The notes under the pieces were generated by a model that saw nothing but the letters and a program-made list of their open reading frames with translations, did not search any database and had not been told where the DNA came from. The translations under genes were made by a program, and so were the position numbers. From the NCBI GenBank assembly GCA_965223415.1, contig OZ245002.1, positions 4,064,001 to 4,128,000 on the forward strand: a stretch of DNA of 64,000 bases, in the 5' to 3' direction. This DNA comes from Myxococcota bacterium. GTDB taxonomy: Bacteria; Myxococcota_A; UBA9160; UBA6930. This document shows, piece after piece, positions 30,289 through 40,433 of the stretch (position 1 is the first letter of the stretch; each line of letters starts with the position of its first letter).

Positions 30289-31842
30289 ATGCACGCCGTC
30301 GCACTTCTCTGGATGCTGGCCGCTGCTCCGCCTGCCGAAGGGGCCCCGCCGCTCGCCCTGGCCGCCCACGCCCTCGATCGCCGCCGCGATGCCACCGCCG
30401 TGGCCTGGGACGCCACCCGCGGCCGGGCCCTCCTCGGCCGGGACGACGGTGTCTGGCTCGTCTCGGAGGCCGGCGAGCCTCCGCGGGCGCTGCTGCGGCG
30501 GGGCGCGGTGGTCGATCTGCTGGCGGATCCGGGCGGCGCCCTCTGGGCCGCGACCGATCGGGGCCTGTTCGCCCGCCCGGGCGGCGGGCCCTGGCAGGAG
30601 CAGGGTCTCCCTGCCGGCGCCGGCCGCACCCTCCACCGGCTGGCTCTCGGGCCCGAAGGCGCGATCGCCGCCGCCGGAGAGGGCGGCGTCTTCGTCCGTC
30701 CCTCGGCCGGCCGCTGGCAGCGTCTCGACGGTGCGCTACCCGCCCAGGGAGCGACCGCGCTGGCGTTCCGAGCCGACGGTGACGGCCTGTGGCTGGCCGC
30801 CGAGGGCGATCTCTACGCCGCGACCCTGGACGGCCTGGCGCCGCGGGACGTCCGCCGGCTGCCGCTGCCGGGCGGACGCGAGCCAGTCGCGGACCTGCAC
30901 GCGGATCGGGACGGCGTCCTGGTCCTGACCGAGCGGCGCTTGCTCCACCTCGACAGCGAGGACCGCTTCCGAGTCCTGTCCCTGCCACTCCCGCCCGGCG
31001 CGCGGGCCTCGCGCATCACCCGGGCCCTCGGGCGCTTGTGGATCGCGACCGATCGCGGCGTGCTGGAGGAGGCGCCCGACGGGTGGCGCCGGGCCCCCGG
31101 CGAGCTGGCCAGCGCGGCGGTGCAGGCCGTGGCCGGTCATTCGGGAGGTCTCCTCACCGCCGGCGAGCGCGGCGTTCATGCCCTCTCGGCGGCGCCGGAA
31201 CAGGCCGCTCCGTCCCGGTGGGCGGCCCCGGGCTCGCCGGCCGTCGGCCCCGCGAAGGCAGCGGGTGCGCCTCCGTGGGCTGAAGAGCCCGAGATCGGCG
31301 ACGTGCGCCGGGCGGCGCTTCGGCACCTGGAGCTCGGGCCCGGGCGCACGCGCAGCCTGGCGGCGCGCGCCCGGGCCCGCGGCTGGCTCCCGGACGTGGA
31401 GCTGCGCGGCGCCTACGGCGGCGGCCGGCAGCGCGACGAGGAGTGGGACCAGGCCTTCACGTCCGGCGAGGACCGCCTGTTCTACGACCGCGAGCATCGC
31501 CGCGAGCGGGGCTTCGATGTGCAAGCCGTCCTGCGCTGGGAGCTCGGCGACACGGTCTACCACCCGGAGGAGCTCGACGTGGCGAAGGAGCACCGGGAGG
31601 TGATCGAGCTGCGCGACGAGGTCCTCGACGAGCTGCACCAGCTCTACTTCGAGCGGCGGCGGGTGCTCCTCGCGCTGGTCGCCCATGCTGAGCCCCACGG
31701 TCTCGAGGCGTCGCGGCTGCGCCTTCGTGCCGCGGAGCTGGCGGCGGGCCTCGACGCCTGGACCGGCGGCTGGTGGAGCGCAGCCGCTCCGTCGGGCGCG
31801 TCCCTCTCCTCACCCCCGGAACCCCAGGAGATCCACCCATGA
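30289..31842 (+). CDS. Exported protein with beta-propeller-like repeats and a C-terminal outer-membrane-efflux-like segment
   Basis: Repeated LWAATDRGL / LWIATDRGV blades; C-terminal RARGWLPDVELRG...VLRWEL...LHQLYFERRR. Start is ATG 30289 (alternative 30277). Confidence 0.6.
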   Translation: MHAVALLWMLAAAPPAEGAPPLALAAHALDRRRDATAVAWDATRGRALLGRDDGVWLVSEAGEPPRALLRRGAVVDLLADPGGALWAATDRGLFARPGGGPWQEQGLPAGAGRTLHRLALGPEGAIAAAGEGGVFVRPSAGRWQRLDGALPAQGATALAFRADGDGLWLAAEGDLYAATLDGLAPRDVRRLPLPGGREPVADLHADRDGVLVLTERRLLHLDSEDRFRVLSLPLPPGARASRITRALGRLWIATDRGVLEEAPDGWRRAPGELASAAVQAVAGHSGGLLTAGERGVHALSAAPEQAAPSRWAAPGSPAVGPAKAAGAPPWAEEPEIGDVRRAALRHLELGPGRTRSLAARARARGWLPDVELRGAYGGGRQRDEEWDQAFTSGEDRLFYDREHRRERGFDVQAVLRWELGDTVYHPEELDVAKEHREVIELRDEVLDELHQLYFERRRVLLALVAHAEPHGLEASRLRLRAAELAAGLDAWTGGWWSAAAPSGASLSSPPEPQEIHP

Positions 31843-32507
31843 ACCGCCTCTGGCTCGGCTTCGTGCTCGCCGTCGGCCTCGCGCTGCTCGGTGCGTCCGG
31901 TGCCGCGGCGCTCCCCCTGCTCTCGGAGGTGTACTACGACGCCCCGGGCTCGGACGACGGCCTCGTCTTCGTCGAGATCAGCGGGGCGCCGGGAACCGAC
32001 CTGACCGGCTTCGCGCTGGAGGGCGTGAACGGCGCCGACGGAAGCACCACCACGACGATCGTGCTGAGTGGCTCGATCGGCGCGACCGGGCTCTTCGTCG
32101 TGGCCGACCAGGCGAGCGGCGGCGGCAGCTCGGTGGCCGGCGCCGATCTCATCGCCAACTTCGACTTCCAGAACGGGCCGGACTCGGTGCGCCTGCTCGA
32201 TGCATCCGGGGCGGTGATCGACGCGCTCGGCTACGGCAGCTTCGGCATCGGCCAGGTGTTCGCCGGCGAGGGCATGCCCGCACCGGACGTCGCCGCCGGC
32301 TCGAGCCTGGCGCGGCTCGACGCCTGGCGGGATACGGACGACAACGCCCTCGACTTCGGCGTCCTCGCCAGCCCGACGCCGGGCACGGCCCCGGGCACGC
32401 CGGTCCCCGAGCCCTCCCAGCTCGGCCTGCTGGCCGCGCTGCTGCTCACCCGTCCGCTGGCAAGGCGGCGGCTCGGCACGGGCCGGTCCCCGGCCGGGCC
32501 TGCCTGA
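31839..32507 (+). CDS. Lamin-tail-domain protein with a PEP-CTERM sorting signal
   Basis: Signal peptide, LSEVYYDAPGSD..FVEI, FQNGPDSVRL, DTDDNALDF, PTPG and VPEPSQLGLLAALLL..RRR; SD AGGAGA. Confidence 0.85.
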   Translation: MNRLWLGFVLAVGLALLGASGAAALPLLSEVYYDAPGSDDGLVFVEISGAPGTDLTGFALEGVNGADGSTTTTIVLSGSIGATGLFVVADQASGGGSSVAGADLIANFDFQNGPDSVRLLDASGAVIDALGYGSFGIGQVFAGEGMPAPDVAAGSSLARLDAWRDTDDNALDFGVLASPTPGTAPGTPVPEPSQLGLLAALLLTRPLARRRLGTGRSPAGPA

Positions 32508-32642
32508 GCTCGACCCCCGGACGGCGTTCCCCCCTCGTTCCCCCGGACGACACGCCGTCCCGCCCCGGCGCGCGCACCCCACTCGGCGCGCCGGGGCGTC
32601 TCGGGCCGCATGGGGTTTGGCCCCCGCCCCGGGCGGCGGGCT

Positions 32643-32669
32643 TCAGCGAGCCCCCCCGGGAGCCGATAC
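32643..32669 (+). promoter_or_regulatory. Possible sigma28-like promoter (TCAG-N15-GCCGATAC)
   Basis: Resembles the FliA consensus TAAA-N15-GCCGATAA; a similar element occurs at 62351-62377. Confidence 0.3.
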
Positions 32670-32771
32670 ACCCGTTCGCAGACCTGGAATGCGTTCGGCC
32701 GTTGCGTCGGTTGAAATGGGGGGCGCCGCCCGCGACACTCGGCGCCGTCTCCCGGGGGTGAGAGCGCTCGC

Positions 32772-33368
32772 ATGCTGACGGGCTTCAACACGAACATCCG
32801 ACATCGGGGCGTGTTGTTTCACGTGCAGAGCGAAGACAGCGGGCGCGATCATCCCCACGTGATCACGCACCTCTTCCACGGCGGCAACATCATGGCCTCC
32901 GAGAAGAGCGGCTATGCCGACCGGGTCGACGACTCGGACCTGGAAGGCGTGGTGCGCGCGATCATGGAGGCCCAGCACAAGGCGGTGCTGAAGCGTCTGC
33001 GCGCAGGCGAGTTCGACGACGTGATCCAGGCCCGGCTCGGCGACGAGGTGTTCGGGGACGAAACGGCGCCCCCCGCCGCCGTGGAGGCCGCGGCGGCGGT
33101 CGACGCGCCGTCCGAGACCACCGCCCCGCCGACCCAGCAGGTCGCGGCCGAGCCGCCGCCGGCCGCGGCGTCTCCCGAGGAGCCGCCGCCGGCCGTGGCG
33201 TCTCCCGAGGAGCCGCCGCCGGCCGTGGCGTCTCCCGAGGAGCCGCCGGAGCCCGACGCCGGCCGGCCCTTCGGCGACGGGATCGTCTCGGACAAGCCCC
33301 TGGACGAGGTGATCCTCAACTACCTCGTCTCGAACGCACGCAAGCGCAAGCGCCAACAGGCTTCGTGA
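32772..33368 (+). CDS. Conserved-looking hypothetical protein upstream of ftsE with a Pro/Glu-rich linker
   Basis: Globular N-terminus (TGFNTNIRH...FHVQSEDSG), low-complexity linker, and C-terminal KPLDEVILNYL. Confidence 0.75.
   Translation: MLTGFNTNIRHRGVLFHVQSEDSGRDHPHVITHLFHGGNIMASEKSGYADRVDDSDLEGVVRAIMEAQHKAVLKRLRAGEFDDVIQARLGDEVFGDETAPPAAVEAAAAVDAPSETTAPPTQQVAAEPPPAAASPEEPPPAVASPEEPPPAVASPEEPPEPDAGRPFGDGIVSDKPLDEVILNYLVSNARKRKRQQAS
33151..33248 (+). repeat. In-frame 30-bp tandem repeat, about 3.3 copies (EPPPAVASPE)
   Basis: AGCCGCCGCCGGCCG(C/T)GGCGTCTCCCGAGG at 33151, 33181 and 33211, plus a partial copy. Confidence 0.95.
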
Positions 33369-33399
33369 CCCTGCGCGCGCTCCGGCGCGAGCCGCTTCC

Positions 33400-34125
33400 G
33401 TGAGCCGCCGGGGCATCGAGCCCGCCCATGCGGGCGCCGGCGGGCTGGTGCGGCTCTTCCACGTCTCGAAGTCCTACGTGGCCGGGAGCTGGGCGCTGCG
33501 GGACGTGAGCCTCGAGCTCGGCAAGGGGGAGTTCGTCTTTCTCACCGGGCCGAGCGGCGCCGGCAAGACGACGCTCATGCGCATGATCTTCGCCGACGAA
33601 CATCCGAGCGAAGGGCAGATCATCGTGCTCGGCCGCAACGTGAGCCGGCTCTCCCCGGCGGCGGTGCCGCACCTCCGGCGACGCATCGGTGTCGTGTTCC
33701 AGGACTTCAAGCTGCTGGCGCGGCGGACGGTGGAGGAGAACGTGGGGCTCGCCCTGGACGTGGTGGGCACGCCGGCGCGGGAACGCAAGGCGCGGGTCTT
33801 CGCGATGCTGAAGCGGGTCGGGCTGCAGCACCGCCGCTATCACCATCCGCTCTCGCTGTCCGGCGGCGAGCAGCAGCGCCTCGCCCTGGCGCGGGCGCTG
33901 GTCAACGAGCCCGAGGTGCTGCTGGCCGACGAGCCCACCGGCAACCTCGACCCGGATCTCACCCTCGAGATCATGGACCTGATCGCCGACGCCGCGGCCC
34001 GCGGCACGGCGGTGTTCGTGGCCACCCACGACCACGCCCTCGTCGAGCGCTACGGCCGGCGGGTCGTGCGTCTCGAGGCCGGCGAGCTGGTCGAGGACTC
34101 GCCGGTGCGACGGTCCTCCTCGTGA
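33400..34125 (+). CDS. ftsE: Cell division ATP-binding protein FtsE
   Basis: GPSGAGKTT, LRRRIGVVFQDFKLL, LSGGEQQR and ADEPTGNLD. The start may be GTG 33448. Confidence 0.93.
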   Translation: MSRRGIEPAHAGAGGLVRLFHVSKSYVAGSWALRDVSLELGKGEFVFLTGPSGAGKTTLMRMIFADEHPSEGQIIVLGRNVSRLSPAAVPHLRRRIGVVFQDFKLLARRTVEENVGLALDVVGTPARERKARVFAMLKRVGLQHRRYHHPLSLSGGEQQRLALARALVNEPEVLLADEPTGNLDPDLTLEIMDLIADAAARGTAVFVATHDHALVERYGRRVVRLEAGELVEDSPVRRSSS

Positions 34126-35033
34126 CGGAGCGCTGGCGGGCACGGATCCGCTACGTCCTGCGCTCGGCCTGGAGCGGGCTGCGCGCTTCGCCGGTGACCG
34201 GCGGCGTCGCCGTGCTGACGATCGCCCTGTGTCTCCTGCTGGTCGGCTCCTTCGCGCTGCTGGTGGCGAACATGGAGCGCATCCTCGACCGCTTCGGCGA
34301 GGAGTTCCGGGTCTCCGCCTACCTGGAGGAGGAGCTGTCGGACGAGGAGACGGCCGCGCTCCGGGAACGGCTCGCCGCCGCGCCGGGCGTGGAGCGGGTC
34401 GAGCTCGTGACGAAGGACGCCGCCCTCGAGCGCTTCCGCGGGAGCCACATCGGCCGGGCGGCGCTCCTCGATGGGCTCGACGACAATCCCCTGCCGGCCT
34501 CCCTCGAGCTCGTGCTGGCGCCGGCCCATCGCAGTGCCGAGGGGCTCGAGCGCCTCGCGGCCGCCGCGCAGGGGCTGCCCGGCATCGCCGAGCTCGGCTA
34601 CGGGTCGGACTGGGTGTCCGGCTACGGACGAGCCGTCGGGCTCGTGCGCAGCGTCGCCCTGGCGATCGGCGCGGTGCTGGTGCTGGCGACGCTCCTCATC
34701 GTGACGAACACGATTCGGCTGGCCGTCTACGCGCGGCGCGACGAGGTGTCGATCCTGCGACTGGTCGGCGCGAGCCGCACCTTCGTCGCCGTTCCCTATC
34801 TCCTGGAGGGCGCCGCGCAGGGGCTGGCCGGCGGCCTCCTCGGCCTGGGTCTCCTCTTCGCCATCTTCCACCTGGCGCTGCCCGTCTTCGCCGGCAGCCT
34901 GGAGCTCCTGCTGGGCTACGTGTCGCCGGCCTTCCTCGAGGCGCGGGCCTGTGCCGGGCTGGTCGCCGTCGGCGCGGGCCTCGGAGTGCTGGGCTCCGCG
35001 GCGGCCCTGGGGCAGGGCGGGCTCGAGGGATGA
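34122..35033 (+). CDS. ftsX: Cell division permease FtsX
   Basis: NPLPAS, NTIRLAVYARRDEV, LVGA and PYLLEG. Confidence 0.93.
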   Translation: MTERWRARIRYVLRSAWSGLRASPVTGGVAVLTIALCLLLVGSFALLVANMERILDRFGEEFRVSAYLEEELSDEETAALRERLAAAPGVERVELVTKDAALERFRGSHIGRAALLDGLDDNPLPASLELVLAPAHRSAEGLERLAAAAQGLPGIAELGYGSDWVSGYGRAVGLVRSVALAIGAVLVLATLLIVTNTIRLAVYARRDEVSILRLVGASRTFVAVPYLLEGAAQGLAGGLLGLGLLFAIFHLALPVFAGSLELLLGYVSPAFLEARACAGLVAVGAGLGVLGSAAALGQGGLEG

Positions 35034-36172
35034 GGGCGCCGTGCGTGGCGGCCGCCGCCCTGCTGCTGCTCGCCTCGCCGGCGGCCGCCCGGGACGAGGC
35101 GGTCGAGCTCGAAGATCTCCGGCGCGCGATCGAGACCCGCAAGGAGCGCCTCCAGGCCTACGAGGACGAGGCCAAGGGCCTGTTCGCAGCCATCGAGGCG
35201 GTGGACCGCGCGGCCCGGGCGTTGCGCCGCGACGCCGAGCGCGCGGCCGGCGACGCGCTGGAGGCCGAGCGCAGCATGCGGCGGCTCGAAGCGGAGGCGG
35301 CGGGTCTCGAGGAGCGCATGGACGAGACCCGGCGCGGCCTAGGAAAGCGCGCCGTGGCGCTCTACAAGGCCGGCGAGATCGGCCCGCTCCGCTGGGTGTT
35401 CGGCGAGGGCTCGCTGCGCGATCGCGTCGCGCGGGTGCAGGCCCTGCAGCTCCTGGTCGACCACGACGACCAGCTGATCCGACGCTTCGAGGCGGAGCGC
35501 GCGCAGCTCGACGCGGCCCGTGCGGGAGCCGCCCGGGCCGCGGTGCGCCGCGACGAGGCGCGGGCACGTCTCGAGACCCGCTCCCGGGAGCTCGAAGCCG
35601 AGCGCCGCACCAAGCGCGCGCTGCTCGTGCGCGTCCGCCAGGATCGCGCCAGCGAGCGAGCGCTCCTCAACGAGCTCGAGGCCGCCGCCGCCGAGCTCGA
35701 GGCCACCCTCGACGAGCTGCAGCGCGAGCCCTCGCTGCCCGGAATCCGCGGCCCGTCCTTCGCTTCCGGGAAGGGCCGCCTCGAGCCCCCGGTGCCCGGG
35801 GCCGTGGTGCGCTCCTTCGGGCGGGTGGTCGACGCCGAGTACCGCACCCAGACCTTTCGCAAGGGCGTCGACTTCGAGGTGGCCCTGGGCGAGCCGGTCT
35901 ACGCGGTGGCGGCGGGCCAGGTGCGCTTCGCCGATTGGTTCCGCGGCTACGGACGCATGGTCATCGTCGATCACGGCGAGGGCTGGTTCACGGTCTCCGG
36001 CCACCTGGACGACGTGGAGGTGCAGGTCGGGGAGCCCGTGGGCGCCGGAGATCCGATCGGCAGCGCCGGCGAGACCGGCTCGCTCCTCGGGCCGCGGCTT
36101 TACTTCGAGATCCGCAAGGGCTCGGAAGCCGTCGACCCGGCCGAGTGGCTCCGGCTGGTCCCCGGCCTTTAG
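35030..36172 (+). CDS. envC: Murein hydrolase activator EnvC (coiled coil plus degenerate M23)
   Basis: Signal peptide, long coiled coil, GYGRMVIVDHG and LYFEIR; follows ftsEX. Confidence 0.88.
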   Translation: MRAPCVAAAALLLLASPAAARDEAVELEDLRRAIETRKERLQAYEDEAKGLFAAIEAVDRAARALRRDAERAAGDALEAERSMRRLEAEAAGLEERMDETRRGLGKRAVALYKAGEIGPLRWVFGEGSLRDRVARVQALQLLVDHDDQLIRRFEAERAQLDAARAGAARAAVRRDEARARLETRSRELEAERRTKRALLVRVRQDRASERALLNELEAAAAELEATLDELQREPSLPGIRGPSFASGKGRLEPPVPGAVVRSFGRVVDAEYRTQTFRKGVDFEVALGEPVYAVAAGQVRFADWFRGYGRMVIVDHGEGWFTVSGHLDDVEVQVGEPVGAGDPIGSAGETGSLLGPRLYFEIRKGSEAVDPAEWLRLVPGL

Positions 36173-36239
36173 GTAGACTCGCACGACGCCGAAGACGTCC
36201 TCTCCAATGGTCCCCGAATCTCCGGGCGAGGAGCCCCAC

Positions 36240-37628
36240 ATGCGCCGCAAAGGCAATCGCTTCCTGGTCGGATTCTTCGCCGGCACCTTCCTTGCGTCGC
36301 TGACGGTCTTCTCCGTCGCCGGCACCGGCACCCTGGCCGCCAATCGCTACGAAGACCTCTCGCTGTTCAGCTCGGTGCTGCGGCTGGTCCGCGACAACTA
36401 CGTCGAGGAGGTGGACGAGGCCGACCTCATCCGCGGCGCCGTGCGCGGCATGCTCGCCGAGCTCGACCCCCACTCGTCCTACCTGGATCGCCGCCAGCAC
36501 CAGGAGATGCAGATCGATACCAAGGGCGAGTTCCACGGCCTGGGGATCGAGATCAGCAAGCGGCGGGACGGCTTCATCGAGGTGGTCGCGCCGATCGAGG
36601 GCACCCCGGCCTGGCGCGCCGGCCTGCGCGCCCAGGACCGGATCGTCGCGATCTGCCCGACCGTCGTGCCCGACGACTGGACCGAGCCCTGCCGCGGCAC
36701 CAAGGGGATGGAGCTCCACGAGGCGGTGGCCCTCATGCGCGGCAAGAAGGGCACGACGATCACGATCCGCATCCTCCGCGAGGGCTTCGACGAGCCGGAG
36801 CCCTACACGATCCGCCGTGACGTGGTGAAGGTGGTGTCCGTCGACGGTCGCATGATCGAGCCCGGCTACGCCTACGTGCGGGTGCGCTCGTTCCAGGAGC
36901 GCACGGCGCGGGACCTGGAGAGCGTGCTCGAGCGCCTCCACGCCGAAGCCGCCGGCGGCTTCCAGGGCATGGTCCTCGACCTGCGAGACAACCCGGGCGG
37001 GCTCCTCGACCAGGCGGTGAAGGTGGCGGACCTCTGGGTGAAGGACGGCCTGATCGTCTACACGAAAGGGCGCGTCGAGAGCCAGCAGCAGGAGTTCCGC
37101 GCCCAGGCCGAGGGCGAGGTCGCCTACCCGATGGTCGTGCTGGTGAACGCGGGCAGCGCGAGCGCCTCGGAGATCGTGGCCGGTGCGCTGCAGGACCACC
37201 ACCGCGCGCTGCTCCTGGGCGGCAACACCTTCGGCAAGGGCTCCGTCCAGACCGTCTACCCGCTGGCGGATCGGTCCGGGCTGCGGCTCACCACCGCCCT
37301 CTACTACACGCCCGCCGGTCGTTCCATCCAGGAGGTGGGCATCGAGCCCGACATCGCGGTCGAAGAGGAGATCCCGGAGCCCGACGCCGCCGCCGATGCC
37401 GACGAGCGCGGCGGGCGCGACATCCGCGAGAAGGACCTCGAGGGCCACTTCACCCAGGAAGACGCGAAGCCGGACGCCGAGGACGGCCCCGGCGCCGGTC
37501 GGAATGCGGACGACGTGCAGCTCACCCGCGCCGTCGAGGTGCTGAAGAGCTGGACCTACTTCGACAAGCTGCGCGCCGCCCAGGCGGAGCGGCCGGAGCC
37601 GACGGTTTCGGCGGAGGTGCAGCCCTAG
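36240..37628 (+). CDS. ctpA: Carboxy-terminal processing protease (S41A)
   Basis: LDPHS, PDZ (GLGIEI), LDLRDNPGG, SASASEIVAGALQD and TFGKGSVQ. Confidence 0.93.
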   Translation: MRRKGNRFLVGFFAGTFLASLTVFSVAGTGTLAANRYEDLSLFSSVLRLVRDNYVEEVDEADLIRGAVRGMLAELDPHSSYLDRRQHQEMQIDTKGEFHGLGIEISKRRDGFIEVVAPIEGTPAWRAGLRAQDRIVAICPTVVPDDWTEPCRGTKGMELHEAVALMRGKKGTTITIRILREGFDEPEPYTIRRDVVKVVSVDGRMIEPGYAYVRVRSFQERTARDLESVLERLHAEAAGGFQGMVLDLRDNPGGLLDQAVKVADLWVKDGLIVYTKGRVESQQQEFRAQAEGEVAYPMVVLVNAGSASASEIVAGALQDHHRALLLGGNTFGKGSVQTVYPLADRSGLRLTTALYYTPAGRSIQEVGIEPDIAVEEEIPEPDAAADADERGGRDIREKDLEGHFTQEDAKPDAEDGPGAGRNADDVQLTRAVEVLKSWTYFDKLRAAQAERPEPTVSAEVQP

Positions 37629-37662
37629 CATCGGAGGCGCGCCGGGCGGTGTCGTTCCCGGT

Positions 37663-39180
37663 GTGTTGGCTCGGCTCACACGACGTTCCGTCCCCGCTTC
37701 TCTCGTCGCGGGGGTGGCCCTGGTGCTGCTGGCCGCGGAGCCTCCGCCCGTCGACCTGACGCGCCTCACTCCGACCGAGCGCCTCCAGAGCCTCTCGGGA
37801 GCGCGTCTTCCCGGGTTCTTCCGGGTGCAGGCGGAGGTGTGCCGGGGCGATGGGGTGGCCCGCGCCCGCTACCTAGAAGGCCTCGCCCGTGCGCTGGCCG
37901 TCCCCGGTGCGCCGCTGGCTCCCGCGTATCAGGAGATCGTGGGAGGCTGTCGCTTCGGGCCGCCGTGCTCGTGGCTGCGCGAAGAGCTCGGTCGATGGGG
38001 TCCGAGGGTCGACACCTTCCTGTGGAGGGAGGTCGCGTCCTGTCATCCTCTCGACGCGCCCGGGCTGTTCGACGGGTCCGGGGCGCCGGACGCGGCGGTC
38101 GTCGCCTACCACGCGCGTCGCCCGATCGGCCGTTTCCACTCGCGGCGGCTCGCCGAGATCGTGGCCGCTCGCTACCGGCTCGGAGATCCGGAGCCGCTGA
38201 GGGATGCGCTCGCCGTCTACGGACGCATGGTCCACGAGGAGACCGCGGCGCATCTCCTCGACCTGGCGTCGCGCCCGGCGGAGGACGAGATCCAGTGGGG
38301 GGTCGTGAAGGCTCTTCGGCACCAGAGCGATCCGAGCGTTCGGGAACGCTTCTTTGTCGCGTGTCGAGAGCGACAGCGCGCATCCGTGGAGCGGTGGCGC
38401 GCCCGCGGTGCCCATCCACGCGCCTCACCGCTCCGCTGGGGCGACGATTGCGCTCCCGGCGGGCGCTGGATCGACCGCCCCCGCGCGGCCGCCGAGCGCG
38501 GTCCGCCGGTGCCCGAGCACGCCGGCGGGTTCCCGGTCTGGCATGTGCCGGGCCTCCAGTTCGAGGATGCCTCCCGACTGCTCTGGGAGATGGCCGCCGC
38601 GCTCGCGCCGGACCTGGACGAGGTCGTGTTTCGCGACGTGTGGCCCGCGGTCGACCGGGTTCCCCTCCACCGCGGTCCGGCGCGCTTTCACGGCTTCATC
38701 AACGGGGACGCGATCGCCGTCGAGCTTCCCCTTCGCGACGGCAAGCCGGATCTCGGAGCATGGGCGGCGCTCGAAGCCGAGCTGCTCGCCGCGCTGCCCC
38801 GGCCGCGGCGCATCGACGTCTCGTGGCGGGGCGAGACCCGCAGCTCCGCCTACGAGCCGTCCCGCGAGGCCTACGACCTGGACCGCTTCGTCGAGATCGC
38901 CAACCGCACCCTGGCCCGGGTCGGCAGCGCCAGGCGCATCGAGCGGGCGCCCGAGCCCGGCTGGCTGCGCGTGACTCGCGCCTCCCGGCGTCTCTCCGAT
39001 ACGCTGGCGACGTGGAAACCACCGGGCGATCCGCCGGCGAGCAGGGCCCCCGCGTCTTCCAGGTCTCCGAGCTGGCCGCCGGCATCAAGAGCCTGCTCGA
39101 GGACGAGGTGGGGCGTGTCTGGGTCGTCGGCGAGATCGGGGACCTGTTTCGCGCGCGTTCCGGGCACTGCTACTTCGTGA
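37663..39180 (+). CDS. Hypothetical exported protein, possibly HEAT-like; 3' end uncertain because it overlaps xseA
   Basis: Long ORF filling the ctpA-xseA gap, with a hydrophobic N-terminus. No family recognised. Confidence 0.45.
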   Translation: MLARLTRRSVPASLVAGVALVLLAAEPPPVDLTRLTPTERLQSLSGARLPGFFRVQAEVCRGDGVARARYLEGLARALAVPGAPLAPAYQEIVGGCRFGPPCSWLREELGRWGPRVDTFLWREVASCHPLDAPGLFDGSGAPDAAVVAYHARRPIGRFHSRRLAEIVAARYRLGDPEPLRDALAVYGRMVHEETAAHLLDLASRPAEDEIQWGVVKALRHQSDPSVRERFFVACRERQRASVERWRARGAHPRASPLRWGDDCAPGGRWIDRPRAAAERGPPVPEHAGGFPVWHVPGLQFEDASRLLWEMAAALAPDLDEVVFRDVWPAVDRVPLHRGPARFHGFINGDAIAVELPLRDGKPDLGAWAALEAELLAALPRPRRIDVSWRGETRSSAYEPSREAYDLDRFVEIANRTLARVGSARRIERAPEPGWLRVTRASRRLSDTLATWKPPGDPPASRAPASSRSPSWPPASRACSRTRWGVSGSSARSGTCFARVPGTATS

Positions 39181-40424
39181 TGAAGGACAGCGCGGCCCAG
39201 CTCCGCGCCGTGTTGTTCCGCGGCGACCTCGCGCGCATGCCCTTCGATCCGGAGGAGGGCCTCGAGGTGGTGGCCCAGGCCGAGCTCGGCTTCTACGAGC
39301 CCCGGGGCGACGTGCAGCTGATCGTCCGCCGTCTCGAGCCCCGGGGGCAGGGCGCGCTCCAGCTGGCCTTCGAGCAGCTGCGCGGCCGTCTCGCCGAAGA
39401 GGGGCTCTTCGACGCGGCGGACAAGCGCCCGCTCTCGGCCTGGCCCCGTCGCATCGCCATCGTCACGTCGCCCGCCGGCGCGGCGCTCCACGACGTCCTG
39501 CAGGTGACGGGCCGGCGGGCTCCGGGCATTCCGCTGGTCGTGTGCCCGACCCACGTGCAGGGCGAGGGGGCCGAGGCGGAGATCGAGGCCGCCCTCGCCG
39601 CGGCGGGCCGGCTCCCCGAGGTCGACGTCGCACTGCTCGTCCGTGGGGGCGGATCCCTCGAGGACCTGATGGCCTTCAACAGCGAACGGGTCGCACGGGC
39701 GGTGCGGGCCTGCCCGGTGCCGGTGGTGTGCGGCGTGGGCCACGAGGTCGACGTGACCATCGCGGACCTGGCCGCCGACGCCCGCGCGCCGACGCCCTCC
39801 GCCGCCGCCGAGCTGGCGGCGCCGGACACGCTGCCCTGGATCCAACGCCTCGACCGGGAGAGCGATCGCCTCTTCCACGCCGTCGACGCGGCGCTGGATC
39901 GCCAACGCCTCGAGCTGAGTGCCCTGGGCGAGATGCTGCAGCGCTTCGCACCACGCACACGGCTTGCCGCCCAGGGGGAGCGCCTGCGCGCGGCTCGCAT
40001 CGGTCTCGACGCGGCGTGGCAGCGGGAGCGGGACGGCTGGCGTGCGCGGCTCCACGAAGGGCGCGGGCGGCTCGCCCGGAGCGGCGGGGCACTGGCACCG
40101 CTGCAGCGCGGGCCCCTGGGCGCACTCCACGATCGGCTGGATCGGGCGGGGCCGGGCGCCGTCTCGGCGGCGGGCGGTCGCCTCCGCGAGCTCGCTGGCC
40201 GCCTCCACGCCCTCTCGCCCCTGGCCGTGCTGTCTCGCGGCTTCGCCATCGTCCGGGAAGCCGAGGGCGGCGGGATCCTGCGACGCGCCGATGCGGTGGG
40301 CGCGGGCGCCCGGCTCGACATCCAGCTCGAGCACGGCCGGCTCGCCGCGGACGTCGTCGGGCCCGAGTCCGACGCCGGCAGCGCTCCCGACGGCTCGAGC
40401 GAAGAATCCCGAAAGAATGGCTAG
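39012..40424 (+). CDS. xseA: Exodeoxyribonuclease VII large subunit
   Basis: [35 protein letters not shown] and [14 protein letters not shown] start at 39012. Confidence 0.95.
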   Translation: METTGRSAGEQGPRVFQVSELAAGIKSLLEDEVGRVWVVGEIGDLFRARSGHCYFVMKDSAAQLRAVLFRGDLARMPFDPEEGLEVVAQAELGFYEPRGDVQLIVRRLEPRGQGALQLAFEQLRGRLAEEGLFDAADKRPLSAWPRRIAIVTSPAGAALHDVLQVTGRRAPGIPLVVCPTHVQGEGAEAEIEAALAAAGRLPEVDVALLVRGGGSLEDLMAFNSERVARAVRACPVPVVCGVGHEVDVTIADLAADARAPTPSAAAELAAPDTLPWIQRLDRESDRLFHAVDAALDRQRLELSALGEMLQRFAPRTRLAAQGERLRAARIGLDAAWQRERDGWRARLHEGRGRLARSGGALAPLQRGPLGALHDRLDRAGPGAVSAAGGRLRELAGRLHALSPLAVLSRGFAIVREAEGGGILRRADAVGAGARLDIQLEHGRLAADVVGPESDAGSAPDGSSEESRKNG

Positions 40425-40433
40425 ATTCGCCCC

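Noticed and set aside
33151..33248. 30-bp repeats as CRISPR
   Set aside because: These are in-frame coding tandem repeats with no spacers.
36650..36710. Cys-flanked insert in the CtpA PDZ domain (ICPTVVPDDWTEPC)
   Set aside because: It is probably a small disulfide-closed loop, with no evidence of wider significance.
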